Shown: positions 10,838 through 21,179 of the stretch, in pieces
Numbering within the stretch: position 1 is the first letter of the stretch
Layout of the letters: each line of letters begins with the position of its first letter
Source: a plasmid
Direction: 5' to 3' (one strand)
Sequence record: CP121101.1
DNA: 64,000 nt
Made by a program: the position numbers and the translations under genes
The notes under the pieces: generated by a model
The model's database searches: none
What the model was told of the DNA's origin: nothing
The model's input: only the letters and a program-made list of their open reading frames with translations

Positions 10838-11407
10838 TTATGTTAGGAACTCGACGAGTTGTGGGCCGCTGATGATAGTGACAGGGGACCCTTTGATCGC
10901 GTGCCAAGCAGATTTCGGAGTACGTCCAGTATGAATGAATAGGCCTTTACATTCCTGCTGCCGGCATTGCTCGGTAAATGCTCTCACATGGTCTGTGCTG
11001 ATGAATTTCTTGTAGCGTTTTGCCTGGATGAGTACCAATTTACCGCCTATGACAGCCTTTCCATCAATTCCACCATCCCGGGAGTAGCTTTTGTTTCGAA
11101 TGATCGTCAATCCCTGCAGTTCCAATGCGCTGAGAATGAGCTCCTCAAATGTGTATGGGTCGATCTTGCGGAGGTAGGCTATCTGGGCCTGCCATGTCGG
11201 TATTCCCCGAATTTTTGCCAGCACCGAACCCGATTGTTCTATCCGAGCCTCATGCCTTCCTTTTCTCCCCCTTGACCTGCGGACCGGGTTAAAAAAGGCG
11301 AGCATTGCGAGCAACACAAATAGAACCAGAATCGGCCAGGTCTGCAGGTGAAGAAGAAGAGATGAAAGCGGCTCAGTGAATGAGGTTAGAGAAGGAAGAA
11401 CAATCAT
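10838..11407 (-). CDS. membrane-anchored restriction-endonuclease-like (Mrr_cat) protein
   Basis: N-terminal TM segment (WPILVLFVLLAMLAFF) followed by Mrr_cat motifs: YLRKIDPYTFEELILSALELQG ... SRDGGIDGKAVIGGKLVLIQAKRYKK. The likely start is the Met of MIVLPSL. Confidence 0.55.
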   Translation of the reverse strand: MIVLPSLTSFTEPLSSLLLHLQTWPILVLFVLLAMLAFFNPVRRSRGRKGRHEARIEQSGSVLAKIRGIPTWQAQIAYLRKIDPYTFEELILSALELQGLTIIRNKSYSRDGGIDGKAVIGGKLVLIQAKRYKKFISTDHVRAFTEQCRQQECKGLFIHTGRTPKSAWHAIKGSPVTIISGPQLVEFLT

Positions 11408-11518
11408 GGAAACGCCCTTGGTGGGTGGGTGGTGAATGGCTGGAGAGGCCCCCCCTGACAAGCACCGAATGTGAGAAGAAGGCGGGGCCTTTGGCCCCGC
11501 TGTTAGTTTCGGATCGCG

Positions 11519-11779
11519 CTATTCGCCGGCGTCTAGGACTTGGTAGGTACCGATGGCGGCCAACTCTTGCTCTAATTGCAGAAGGGCATCCGAGTTGTCC
11601 CCTGCATGTTGATGATCAAGGCATGTGGAAATGCGATCCCAGACAAACAACAGCTCTTTCATGCTGAGAGATGATTCGTGGCTGTCAGCAAGCAACTCCA
11701 ATGCTTGCGATGTCTCCAGACTGCTTACCCTGGATAGGATCGCAACGACGTGGGGTCTGGTCATGGGCTCCTCCATTAC
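11519..11779 (-). CDS. small hypothetical ICE protein
   Basis: An ORF starting at MEEPMTRPH would be translationally coupled to the upstream gene's stop. Confidence 0.3.
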   Translation of the reverse strand, partial: VMEEPMTRPHVVAILSRVSSLETSQALELLADSHESSLSMKELLFVWDRISTCLDHQHAGDNSDALLQLEQELAAIGTYQVLDAGE

Positions 11780-12447
11780 AGATGCTTTTTGAAGAACCTT
11801 ACTGCCAACCAGAGGGATACAGAGGACAGCACTGCACTGGGCACCAAAATCCAGTTGGGGTGGATTGTGAATGGAATGGCCAAGTACAGCCCCCACCCAC
11901 ACCACATGCACGGTAAAATCATGCGCTTGGCGTAGTGGTGTCTTAACCCAGACTCCCGAGCCCCTCCGTACTTGCGTAGATCCCGGAGCATCAACCCATC
12001 AAAGAAGGCCACAAACATGAATAGCCCATACAGTGGCAACGTAAACAGCAAGATCACCGCTCGGATTAGGCAGACGATAGTGATGTAGATGGCCGCGAGC
12101 AGGTACTGTTCGAAAACCGCCATCGAAGCAGACCAAGAGGTGATCCATCGATACCTCGCGGGGTCTAAAACGTCGGGCCCCATAGGGGAACCCGTTACGG
12201 CCTGTGTGATGTAATGGATATCCTCAGTCGGTGTCCAACCAAACAGCGCTGCATTAACGAAGTCTTCATTCAGATAACCAGCCTCTTCGATCACCATTTT
12301 GAGGGCGTGCTGGGCTCCTTGCTCAGGCCAGAACCATATCATGCCGCACCATTCAATCATGACGCCGGTGACGGTGGCCCCAACCACCATACCGATGGAG
12401 ACGATGACAAACGAGATGATGTCGATCCGTTCATTCGGTGTGGCCAT
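11776..12447 (-). CDS. ICE inner-membrane protein (TIGR03747-like, PFL_4697 family)
   Basis: Polytopic membrane protein immediately downstream of traD, as in ICEclc/PAPI-1-family elements. The family assignment comes from memory of the architecture, not a search. Confidence 0.45.
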   Translation of the reverse strand: MATPNERIDIISFVIVSIGMVVGATVTGVMIEWCGMIWFWPEQGAQHALKMVIEEAGYLNEDFVNAALFGWTPTEDIHYITQAVTGSPMGPDVLDPARYRWITSWSASMAVFEQYLLAAIYITIVCLIRAVILLFTLPLYGLFMFVAFFDGLMLRDLRKYGGARESGLRHHYAKRMILPCMWCGWGLYLAIPFTIHPNWILVPSAVLSSVSLWLAVRFFKKHL

Positions 12448-14188
12448 CAGGCAACCCTCGCAGCCAGTTCATCGGGGAGGCCAGCTGCAGTCTGACCAAA
12501 GGGGTTATTGGCCGCGGTTGGCCTGTCTATGCTCTTCCAGGATCTCAAGTTGTTATACCAGCTATCCGAGGTCTGGTAGTTCGATTCCATCAGTGCGCAG
12601 ATCTCTTCCACGTCTTTCGGGATTGGTATGTTGTCTTTCCTGTCATCCATTAGCGGGAAACGCAGCTTGTAGAGCTTGGCGCCATCGAGCAGTGCGAAGG
12701 CCTGACCCTTGGGCAGGCGAATAATATATCGGAGGGTTGTAGTAGTGGGACCTGGCGTGTGCCGATGGTATCCGAGTTGTTCGACTCGAAGTGAATGGTA
12801 CTAGTCACGTCGGAGTTATCACGTGCAGAACTCAGTGCGCCCAACTCGCTAATAGTGACCTCTGGCAACTGGTTGGTAAGAAGCTCAGCTGTTTCTATGG
12901 TTTTGACGCGCAGCATGATGATCGCATTGAAGTTTGACAACATTTGCTGGGCTTTGGCTGCGTCTCCAAGCTTGGCCTCTAGGTCGAAAACTGACTGGGT
13001 GTAGGCTGTGAACCTCACCCCAGAGCCACCGGACTTGTTGAGGATCGGGATGGCGAAATCTGTCGCCAGCTCATTGAACTCATCGCAGTGGAGGTAAACC
13101 TTCGGTAAAACGCCATTTCTTGCGTCCACCAACCCTTTTTCCATCCCGTATTTATACAGATAGCCACAGGTAGAGAGCAGGTCAGACAGCATAGAACCGC
13201 CAATGGCCTCTGCTACTGTCTTATCTGTCATGGCGTCCAGACCGATATAGACCACTGCCTTTTGCCGCATGATGGTCATCCAGTCGATAATGGGTCGGGA
13301 GTCTTTGGCGTCGTATGTTGGGGCCACCAGCTCCACCAGCCGGCCGGATGTGACTTTCTCCACGAACGGCAGCAAGGATGCAGTCAGTTTGTCAAAGTAG
13401 GTCTTGTCGTACTGAATTGCGGATAGCAAGGCCAGCAGCACAGGATCAAAGATGCGCTTCCCCTTGATGTAGGCTTCCAGGGCCGCGGTTCGCTTGGTCC
13501 GGCTTTGCATGTGCCGGGGAGGAGCCTTCATGTTCAATTCGATAGTGCTCACGTCCTCTCGCCAGCGAGCAATCCGGTGCTTCTCGAAATAATACTCGCT
13601 GTAGTCGTTGAATAGCGGTTCCATGTCAGCAATGTCACCTTGGATCTGCACGTAACTAGGCCGACTACCCATTGCAACCCTAGCTTGTGCAACGATGTTC
13701 ACGAATCGCCAAGAGAACTCCGCAAAAGCAGCACTGTTTCCCTCACTGGCGAGTTGGCTGGTGGCCCGGGTGGCCACTTCCGAAATCCTGGCGAATGAGC
13801 CCACGGCGTTATAGCGGCAGCTGATGTCGGGGAATCCTAAGTGGAAGATGTAGAACGGGCGATTGTGCCTCTTGGCTTCCGTATAGAGGCGCTTGAGGAT
13901 GCCGGCGTCAGATTTGGGGTCCATGAAGACCGTGCAGCCGTCGCCGCGGGCAATATCGGACGCAACGTAAATCTCGGCGGCTCGGGTCTTCCCCACGCGC
14001 GTTGTGCCAATCACGATTTTGTGAGCAACTCGTTCTCCCAGGTCTTCGTAGACATCCCTTTCATGAGGTTCAACAGCATGCATGATCGGCGATCCCCCAA
14101 CGGGGGGGAGGGGGCGGACAGGGTTCCATGGGCTGTCCTTGCGAAGCGCTTTGGCGATGGACTCAGCCAGCATCCCTTTCCCCTCCAA
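12447..14188 (-). CDS. traD: conjugative coupling protein TraD (T4CP, ICE/SXT-TraD type) with a 3-prime frameshift
   Basis: Walker A motif VIGTTRVGKTRAAE with a TraD-like FtsK/VirD4 body. At about 12722-12730 (cgaataatatatcgg) the frame changes: the 512-aa ORF ends ...VPLLQPSDILFACPRV*, while the true tail (RLPKGQAFALLDGAKLYKLRFPLMDDRKDNIPIPKDVEEICALMESNYQTSDSWY...) continues in the frame of ORF 12447-12650. This is consistent with a 2-bp TA expansion. Confidence 0.8.
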
Positions 14189-14217
14189 GGTAATTTCCGC
14201 CCGGCGGGCCAGCTTAC

Positions 14218-14592
14218 TTAGATTCTGGGCTCCAGGTACTTCATCGCCTTGATGGATTGCGCCTCAATCATCCGCTGTGTGTGAATGGGCTTCCACTCAA
14301 AACCTCGGCCGATCCAGTTGAGACGTTGCGAACATGGAACGTCCTGGGGCTTCATCTCGTAGTAACTGAGGCGCGTAAGGTTGCGATGGTACTTGCTGAC
14401 GGTCCATCCGTCGTGAAACCTGCTGAGGGCCCCGGCCGCCAATATACTGCCACAGGCATAGCTGACTGATGGAGTCATCATGAGAGTGTGAGGCGCCCAC
14501 ATGCACAGCGCTGCTCCCCCTGACATGATCGCAGAGCTGTAGAGCTCAACAGGCGGGCGTAGCAAGGACTCAATTTCAAATTTTGCAGTCAT
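14218..14592 (-). CDS. conserved ICE protein (TIGR03750-like)
   Basis: Position and size match the ICEclc/PFGI-1-family gene set. Confidence 0.4.
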   Translation of the reverse strand: MTAKFEIESLLRPPVELYSSAIMSGGAALCMWAPHTLMMTPSVSYACGSILAAGALSRFHDGWTVSKYHRNLTRLSYYEMKPQDVPCSQRLNWIGRGFEWKPIHTQRMIEAQSIKAMKYLEPRI

Positions 14593-14697
14593 GGATACAT
14601 TCCATATATGGGATATAAGGGGGGGGGAGAATCTCGCCGGGGAGCAAGGGGCACCGGCGTGGCTGCGGCAGATGGGAGGATGGCCATCTCGGACTAG

Positions 14698-15279
14698 CTA
14701 CTGAAAAAAACCAGATTTGGTGATCATGATCGGGTAGCCCGGGGCGCCTAGCTGATCGGCGAGGGCATCAGCATTCATTGGCCAGAGTTGCATGGGAGCC
14801 ACCAGCTTTTGCATGTACTCCCACTCGGTTTGGTTCCTTACCTTCGTCAACACCCCGGACGAACCATACTGCTCCAACACCTTTCGATTTGCCTGGAACC
14901 ATCGAATGCTGTACTCGTCGGTGCCGATGACGAACAGAGGCTGGGGGAGGTCCGGCAGCTCCTTGAGCATCTGGGTACCAGGAAGAACTACCGGCTTGAT
15001 GAGCTTTGGTTCAATAGGAAAGATCCTTGGCAGTGCTGCAGATGAGGGCTTGAAATTCTCCATAGCAGTTTTGAGGTTGGTCTTGATCTGATCCAGTGAA
15101 TCCGGTTTCTTCAGGTCGGAGTAAAACTGGTCATCAACCCAGTTCTTGATAGGGAAGGCCTTCTCATTCTGGTAGATGACAATCCCTGGCGATGGCACAT
15201 CTGCATGCGCACAGCCAGCGATCGCCGACAGCATGATCCCCAAAACGGTCATTGCATGGTTTGTTTTACATATTGCCAT
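14698..15279 (-). CDS. conserved exported ICE protein (TIGR03759-like)
   Basis: Signal peptide, and its position in the ICE transfer block. Confidence 0.4.
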   Translation of the reverse strand: MAICKTNHAMTVLGIMLSAIAGCAHADVPSPGIVIYQNEKAFPIKNWVDDQFYSDLKKPDSLDQIKTNLKTAMENFKPSSAALPRIFPIEPKLIKPVVLPGTQMLKELPDLPQPLFVIGTDEYSIRWFQANRKVLEQYGSSGVLTKVRNQTEWEYMQKLVAPMQLWPMNADALADQLGAPGYPIMITKSGFFQ

Positions 15280-15857
15280 TGTTTATACACCGACTTGCGA
15301 TAGGCTGCGGCTTTCGCTACATCCGTTGGGTTGTGATACTGGCCGGCTGCTTGCCACCAGTTTCGGGATTTCTGGTAATGCTCGGATAGGTAGTCAGCTG
15401 CCGCATTGAGGTTCGTCCATGGGTCAGTAGCCGCCCAGAGGTCTCCACCAAACCTCCCGGAGTGCCAACGCCAATTCACCTGGGCAATACCGATGTCTAC
15501 GGATCGGTGTCCCTGGTCAATTAGCCGCTTGCAAAACTGATACAGTGCAACGCGAGTTTTGAACCTATACCCTTTCCCTTTGAAGTTGGCCGTCCATGGC
15601 CACGGCACGATTCGCCCCTTGTTTGTCGGCAATTTACTTTCGGCCAACGAGATTGAATACAGAAGATCTGCCGGCACACGCTTAATCATGGCTACTTCAT
15701 AGTAGGCTGGTGGAATAGGTGCTACTTGGGGCTTTGCACCCTTAACCTGCTTAGTTGCATGGCGGCCTCGAGCATCGGTTGAGGCGCTTCCTTGTGAGGG
15801 GCTGGCAAAGGTGAGTATGGCCAGAATGACTGCAGCACTGATCGTCCCTATCCTCAT
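15249..15857 (-). CDS. lytic transglycosylase (SLT domain), ICE-associated
   Basis: Signal peptide. SLT motifs LLYSISLAESK ... IGIAQVNWRWHSGRFG ... AAADYL. Confidence 0.7.
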   Translation of the reverse strand: MRIGTISAAVILAILTFASPSQGSASTDARGRHATKQVKGAKPQVAPIPPAYYEVAMIKRVPADLLYSISLAESKLPTNKGRIVPWPWTANFKGKGYRFKTRVALYQFCKRLIDQGHRSVDIGIAQVNWRWHSGRFGGDLWAATDPWTNLNAAADYLSEHYQKSRNWWQAAGQYHNPTDVAKAAAYRKSVYKQWQYVKQTMQ

Positions 15858-16723
15858 GGCTTCAACTCAACCGTGTTGTTTAGTTGGACCCGGTATGCAA
15901 CCGGCAACCCAGGGGTAGGTTTAAGGCGAGCATAGTATCCACTGTCATAGTTCACGGTCGCTTTGCCATCAGCAAGCATCTGAGTTGAGATCCCGACACT
16001 TCGAGAGAAAGACAACAGGTTTTCATCGGCGTTGGCATTGATGACGAACAGATCAAGGCGATTGAGTTTGCTTGAGCTGGTGGCGAGATTCTTGATGAAC
16101 CTGGTGCACCTGACATCGCAGTTTGCAGCGTCAGCATAGGCAACGGTTCGCGTGTCCTTGATCGGTACCGCTACACTGTTGCTGCTGAAGCCTGCGGCCT
16201 TAGAGCTGTCAACGCCAGATTCAGCGCTGCGCTTGGCCCAAGCTCTTCTCTCCGAATCTGACATCCAAACCGGGTGGTTCGGGATCAGCGTCTTGATGTA
16301 TTGATTAACGGCCTCGTCAAACTGAACTTCCCTTGCCAATCGGGCACGTTCCATTTCGACCGAAAGTTTGGCATATCGGGATCGATCAAAATCTGTCTTG
16401 GCGTTTATACCCATGACCATGAGTGGTGTGAGCTCTGGTTTATTCGAGTAGTAGGCGGCATTCGGTCCGGTGGACATCAACTCCTTGTACTCCATCCATT
16501 CTGATTGTTTCATCCCCCATGCCTTGGACTGTCGAAGATCCTCTTTCGTCCACTGCAGATACGACGGTACTTCGTTAACGGTCGGTAAAGTTTCACGTTG
16601 TGTTGCTGATTGGCCTATGGTGGTGAGATTGGTATTTACTCCTGACCGCAGTTCTACAGCTTGTGCTGATATGCCGAGCGTGCCAGCGACAATGGCGGAA
16701 ATAATTGCACGTTGAAATTTCAT
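15854..16723 (-). CDS. conserved exported ICE protein (TIGR03756-like)
   Basis: Signal peptide MKFQRAIISAIVAGTLGISAQA. Stop/start overlap with neighbouring genes. Confidence 0.4.
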   Translation of the reverse strand: MKFQRAIISAIVAGTLGISAQAVELRSGVNTNLTTIGQSATQRETLPTVNEVPSYLQWTKEDLRQSKAWGMKQSEWMEYKELMSTGPNAAYYSNKPELTPLMVMGINAKTDFDRSRYAKLSVEMERARLAREVQFDEAVNQYIKTLIPNHPVWMSDSERRAWAKRSAESGVDSSKAAGFSSNSVAVPIKDTRTVAYADAANCDVRCTRFIKNLATSSSKLNRLDLFVINANADENLLSFSRSVGISTQMLADGKATVNYDSGYYARLKPTPGLPVAYRVQLNNTVELKP

Positions 16724-16992
16724 CGTAAGTACCTCAGTGGTAGAAGGCAGCGCGAGCCGTCCCGGCCGTAAATGAAGATTGAACCGCCAGAGTAGTAGGG
16801 CCTTGATGAGTCAATGTAAAGTGAACGGAGGCCGGTAATGTCTTGTTGTGAGCACGCGGGGACGGTAGCCACTTTCTTCGGCTCACTCTCTTTCTCTCCG
16901 AAGCTTTTGGCTAGCGAATTGGAAAGGTTCTGGATGGTGCTACACCCACTCAGTAACAAGACTGCCGCAGAAAGTAAAATCCATCTAGGCAT
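16720..16992 (-). CDS. conjugative transfer region lipoprotein (TIGR03751-like)
   Basis: Lipobox MPRWILLSAAVLLLSGC. Start overlaps the stop of the upstream gene. Confidence 0.5.
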   Translation of the reverse strand: MPRWILLSAAVLLLSGCSTIQNLSNSLAKSFGEKESEPKKVATVPACSQQDITGLRSLYIDSSRPYYSGGSIFIYGRDGSRCLLPLRYLR

Positions 16993-18362
16993 CAGTAGCC
17001 TCCGCTGGCCACAACAGTGAGAACCTTGTCCCCCTGGATGAATACAGCCTGTCTTGATTGACGGTCGGCACTCTCCAATCGCCACATTCCAATTTCATCG
17101 CCAACTTGAAGTCTCTTAACGTCGTCGCCATTGATCATGGTGACAAGCAGGATGCCCCCCCAATCATCAACATCGAAGAGTGTATGGCCATCGACGACTT
17201 TGGCCAACTGAGGTTTCCTGACTGGTAGAGTCTTCGTTGTGGAATAGTGTGACTCTGCAGTGCGTGTTGTTTGAGAGATGGCTTGGTGGCCGGTATTCTT
17301 TAGCTTATTGATAGCTGCCTGAGATGCCTCTTGACTAACCCTCAATGCATCAACAGACTCCTGAATGTTGTCGACTAGTTGGCGAGTTTGCCTAGCCCAA
17401 GTTAAACCAAGGTCTGTGTCCGTCGACAGTTTTTCGGTAGATGACTTTAGCGAGCTCAGCTCTGAGTTTAGAGCTGACAAATCTGCTGCCTGTTGCTGAA
17501 CATGCCGCGAAACTTCACCTACAGCAGCATCAATTTCAGAGGTCCTATTCACGGAGTTAGATTCGATTTTATCCATCCTAGCTACCATCTCAGTACGTAG
17601 GTCATCGAAAATCTGTTGAATGTTTTGATTCTTCGGGAGCGATAGAAATGTGTAGCTGGCTAAACCAAAGCTGAAAACACCAAGAGCAAAACTGACATAC
17701 GCCGCCGCAATGGTTCTTCCCCCTACAGGGTCAGTATCATACCGCTCATATCTGTCTCCTTGGTCATGATCCAGAGTCGACTCGCTCACAGGTTCATGTT
17801 CGGTGCTTGGATGAAGTGCCGGCTGCCTTGCTTTTTTCAATCGACGGAATATGCCGCTCGTTGATTTTTGTCTATCGCCAGACTCTGCATGAATTGATTC
17901 CAACGGAGGTTCGACAGGTACATCCCCATCATTTAGCTCTACGTCATTATTCGCGTGTGATGCATCCGGGGTTATCTCTGGAAGAAATTCGTCACCGTCG
18001 GTGACACTATCACTCCGCTGAAGTTGCATATCTTGAGGCTGTTCGGTAACTGAGCTTTGTTCTTCAGTGAATGTTTGCTCCGTTTTTTCTACCACTCCCC
18101 CTACAATCCAACCCGCACTTAAGTCTTCTCCCATGAGTTCTCTTGCAACATCCATCGGGTCGATTTCTGGGACTGCATCGATAGCTTTTGCCGTTTCTGC
18201 GCCTGCGTAATTTGGGGATGTGGCATCCCCACTCACCTGGTTTTTGCCAACTAATGAGTCATCATCCTGAATGACACCCTGGGCAGTTGAAACACCAAAT
18301 GAAGAAAGAAGGCTGTCTGTTTCACTGCTCTTTCGCTTGAGGAAATCGCTATCCGTTTTCAT
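16992..18362 (-). CDS. conserved ICE membrane protein (TIGR03752-like), acidic N-terminus, TM, coiled-coil
   Basis: 456 aa with a central TM (AAAYVSFALGVFSFGLASYTFL) and a coiled-coil C-terminal half. Typical partner of PilL in this ICE family. Confidence 0.45.
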   Translation of the reverse strand: MKTDSDFLKRKSSETDSLLSSFGVSTAQGVIQDDDSLVGKNQVSGDATSPNYAGAETAKAIDAVPEIDPMDVARELMGEDLSAGWIVGGVVEKTEQTFTEEQSSVTEQPQDMQLQRSDSVTDGDEFLPEITPDASHANNDVELNDGDVPVEPPLESIHAESGDRQKSTSGIFRRLKKARQPALHPSTEHEPVSESTLDHDQGDRYERYDTDPVGGRTIAAAYVSFALGVFSFGLASYTFLSLPKNQNIQQIFDDLRTEMVARMDKIESNSVNRTSEIDAAVGEVSRHVQQQAADLSALNSELSSLKSSTEKLSTDTDLGLTWARQTRQLVDNIQESVDALRVSQEASQAAINKLKNTGHQAISQTTRTAESHYSTTKTLPVRKPQLAKVVDGHTLFDVDDWGGILLVTMINGDDVKRLQVGDEIGMWRLESADRQSRQAVFIQGDKVLTVVASGGY

Positions 18363-18922
18363 TGCTTTACACCGTTAATTTCAATAGATGTAGGGTCTTC
18401 ATCATGGAGTAATGGGACAAATGTGACGACGCGATGCACAGGGTCTACAAGCAGCAAGAATGCATCACCAGCAAGTGTCTTGAGAGCGGATTGGACAGTG
18501 ACGTATGAAAATTTTCTTTGCACGCTTGGCAAGGGGAGGGTGAGCATCACTTTCGTGCTTTCTGGCAGATTAGACATCTCGGCAAGCGTGTACCCGGTCT
18601 GCTGAATTGTGTAGTTGATCGCTTGCCCTACTGTCTCTACGGTGGGTGGAAATGAAAAGCTCACAACGGTAAGAAGCGGATTAGATTGGCGTACTTCCGG
18701 AGTGGTGTCGATTGTGGTGTAACGCGAAATTGCATACCGGTCTTCTGGTGTAGCTGCGGTGACACCCTGCGCAATCATCATCCAGATTGTCGCTACTGTC
18801 AGCGCACTTTTTACTGTCTGCATCTCAATGCGTCCATGGTTGATTTTAGTCGCTAATTTTACCATGACGTGATACCGGAAAATGGGTGCAGTTTTGGCAG
18901 TGATTTTTTCAGCGATATGCAT
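18359..18922 (-). CDS. pilL: PilL-like ICE protein (TIGR03748-like)
   Basis: Signal peptide, and the first gene of the block after a long non-coding region, as in PAPI-1/ICEclc pil-tra clusters. Confidence 0.4.
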   Translation of the reverse strand: MHIAEKITAKTAPIFRYHVMVKLATKINHGRIEMQTVKSALTVATIWMMIAQGVTAATPEDRYAISRYTTIDTTPEVRQSNPLLTVVSFSFPPTVETVGQAINYTIQQTGYTLAEMSNLPESTKVMLTLPLPSVQRKFSYVTVQSALKTLAGDAFLLLVDPVHRVVTFVPLLHDEDPTSIEINGVKQ

Positions 18923-19871
18923 TGAGCGATATGCTGAAGCCTAACAGCATTAACTTCGATATCTAGCAGAGTGGGCAATGGCGAAGGATGGGTTCTACGG
19001 AGAGGAAATTGTTAATGCAGGAAGGCGTGTGATACGACCGTATAGCAGATAAAGTTAAGGCGCCATCAGGCGCCCTAATATGATTCGTGTTTTTCTTGAA
19101 ATTAAAAGGCCGGTTTCTTTTCCTGGCTATTTGATTTGATGTTGGGGAGGAATTTTCATTCCGGCCTCTGGCAGCCCCTGGGCCTTTCGTCGGGCCAGAT
19201 TTACTCTGACTAACTGGCCGATCGTTTTTGCCGACGATCTGCGCGGCGTTGTTGAAGTCATGTTCACCATGACGGTTCCAATGCTATCGGATCACTCCGG
19301 GCTGATCAAGGGAACTAATCGACAGCCAAAGAGCAAGGGGAATGGCGAAGGGAAGGGGGCAGGCTGCGCTGCCCTTAACCATTAAAGGGGGTGTGGGGGA
19401 AAATAGAGGGCCCTTCACCATTGCGCTGGCGTAGGCCTGCATAACCCCAAGGCGGATTGGGTTTTGATAGCCGTCGGCACTTGAATGCGGACCAAGCAAA
19501 GCATGCCGCGTTGTCATATCATATTGTTTTTTAACGTTTTGACTGTTTATTGCCCTTAGGGGAGATCTACCTTTCCAGCAGCCCAGCGGGCAGTAATATG
19601 TCAAAAATTGGCTCCGTATGGGTGTGTGCGTGTTGCTTAGCTCAATCCGTGTAGACCCAATGGGCTCCGCTAGGTTGATCCAACACGTGCCTGAGGAGGA
19701 GTGCCGCCCCGTTCTTCATGGGCACTTCGGTGCAATTGGTCGCTTGTATTGTGGGAATTCTCCCCAACGGCTGGGATGGTGAGTGCAATGAATGTGATCT
19801 GAGTCACGTTTTGTTTTAGGTGCATGCCACCACAAGTGGCGTGGGCGGCGTGCCGTTACTGTGCCGCCTAT

Positions 19872-19903
19872 AAAAAACGACCCGCAATAATCGCGGGTCT
19901 TTC
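19872..19903 (-). terminator. rho-independent terminator for gene 19904-20218
   Basis: Minus-strand reading GACCCGCGATTATTGCGGGTC followed by GTTTTTT. Confidence 0.6.
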
Positions 19904-20218
19904 CTATCTTCTCGTTCGCTTGGCGAACAGGCCGAGTTGAGAGTTTATATAGTCGAGCTGAGTTTGGGTTTTTATGGCCAGAGAGCTCTCTGTTTCATCT
20001 AGCTGGAGACCAAAACCACTGTAATTCGATATCCTTCTGTTACTACCATCGACAATCTTCCATCTGAGGTAAATCCTATTGTAACTCCGATGTGGGATTA
20101 TTATTAATGGAAGAGCATCGCGAATCTTCAAATTAAGCTCATGGACAATATTTGAAATCTCGGCCTCTATATAGTCATCGCTCATCTGTTTCAGAGAGTT
20201 TAGACAGAGGCCATCCAT
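19904..20218 (-). CDS. hypothetical protein (104 aa)
   Basis: ORF followed by a clear terminator. Confidence 0.4.
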   Translation of the reverse strand: MDGLCLNSLKQMSDDYIEAEISNIVHELNLKIRDALPLIIIPHRSYNRIYLRWKIVDGSNRRISNYSGFGLQLDETESSLAIKTQTQLDYINSQLGLFAKRTRR

Positions 20219-20227
20219 CTCTCTTCA

Positions 20228-21070
20228 TCATGCCTCTTCGGCTGTCGTTTCCTTAACGATTTCAGGTTCGATGTAAGCGTCCGCTGGGTTGCTCTTTCTT
20301 TCCGCTACGTTATGAATTTCAGGTGCGAATTCATGCCGAGTTTCACCGCGCATGTGGCCAATCGATGGCAAGATCCCAATCGACTCATAACGCTCTGCAG
20401 CGATGCGAGCTTTCTCGTTATTGGCTAACACGTCATCTCGAGTGACAGGAGTATGTCGATAAGACGCTGCGCGTGAAATGAGTGCTCGGCAGCCCCGCAT
20501 AACATCGCGAATGTAAGTGGTTCTTGCACTCGGGCTAAGCAGAGCTACATGGCTTGCAAGCATGACAAGGCGAATGAAGGAGTCAATTTCCAGGACTGTA
20601 TACAGGAACTGATAGTAGAGCTGGCTACCACTACGAACCTGATAGACGATGGGTTTCACGGAGAAAGATTCAGAGGATGTGAAATTCTCTGGAACCCGGT
20701 CTTCCATGTAGCTAATCAGTGCCTGCTTTTTGGTTTTCAACTCTTCTCTGAACTCTGTAATTGCTGTCCAGATTGAATCAAACCAGAAGTCTGCATAGGG
20801 GTTGTCGAGTCGGATATCCCCTTCCAGGATCATCATGGATTGCGCCAACATGGTCAGATTGTGTGGGGTGAATTTTTTCTTCTGACCATTGTCATCAGTA
20901 CCGTCCTGATCCGATTCACGCTTGACGCCGGAAAACAGTGCGGCTCCTTCATAGGTATGGATCTCAATTTTGATGTGTGACCTGAGTCTGCCCAGTTCGG
21001 TTACTCGATTGCTCGGTGTGCTCGAGGTCTCTTCATTGCTGAGGGCTCCAAGAATCAGTTTGCTGCTCAT
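20228..21070 (-). CDS. conserved ICE protein (possibly TIGR03761 / PFL_4669-like)
   Basis: 280-aa ORF in the ICE core. Family assignment is tentative. Confidence 0.4.
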   Translation of the reverse strand: MSSKLILGALSNEETSSTPSNRVTELGRLRSHIKIEIHTYEGAALFSGVKRESDQDGTDDNGQKKKFTPHNLTMLAQSMMILEGDIRLDNPYADFWFDSIWTAITEFREELKTKKQALISYMEDRVPENFTSSESFSVKPIVYQVRSGSQLYYQFLYTVLEIDSFIRLVMLASHVALLSPSARTTYIRDVMRGCRALISRAASYRHTPVTRDDVLANNEKARIAAERYESIGILPSIGHMRGETRHEFAPEIHNVAERKSNPADAYIEPEIVKETTAEEA

Positions 21071-21179
21071 TTTTCCTTTTTCTCCGTTTGTTGATCAAAT
21101 GATGATGTCGACAGCGTGGTATACCTGTGTTGCCATTTTTTTTATGCTGGGTGTGATAGTGATGTTGAGACCCATGCCA

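Noticed and set aside
19284-19604. 106-aa minus-strand ORF inside the 950-bp non-coding ICE region
   Set aside because: Low-complexity translation and no start context. The region more plausibly has a regulatory or RNA role.
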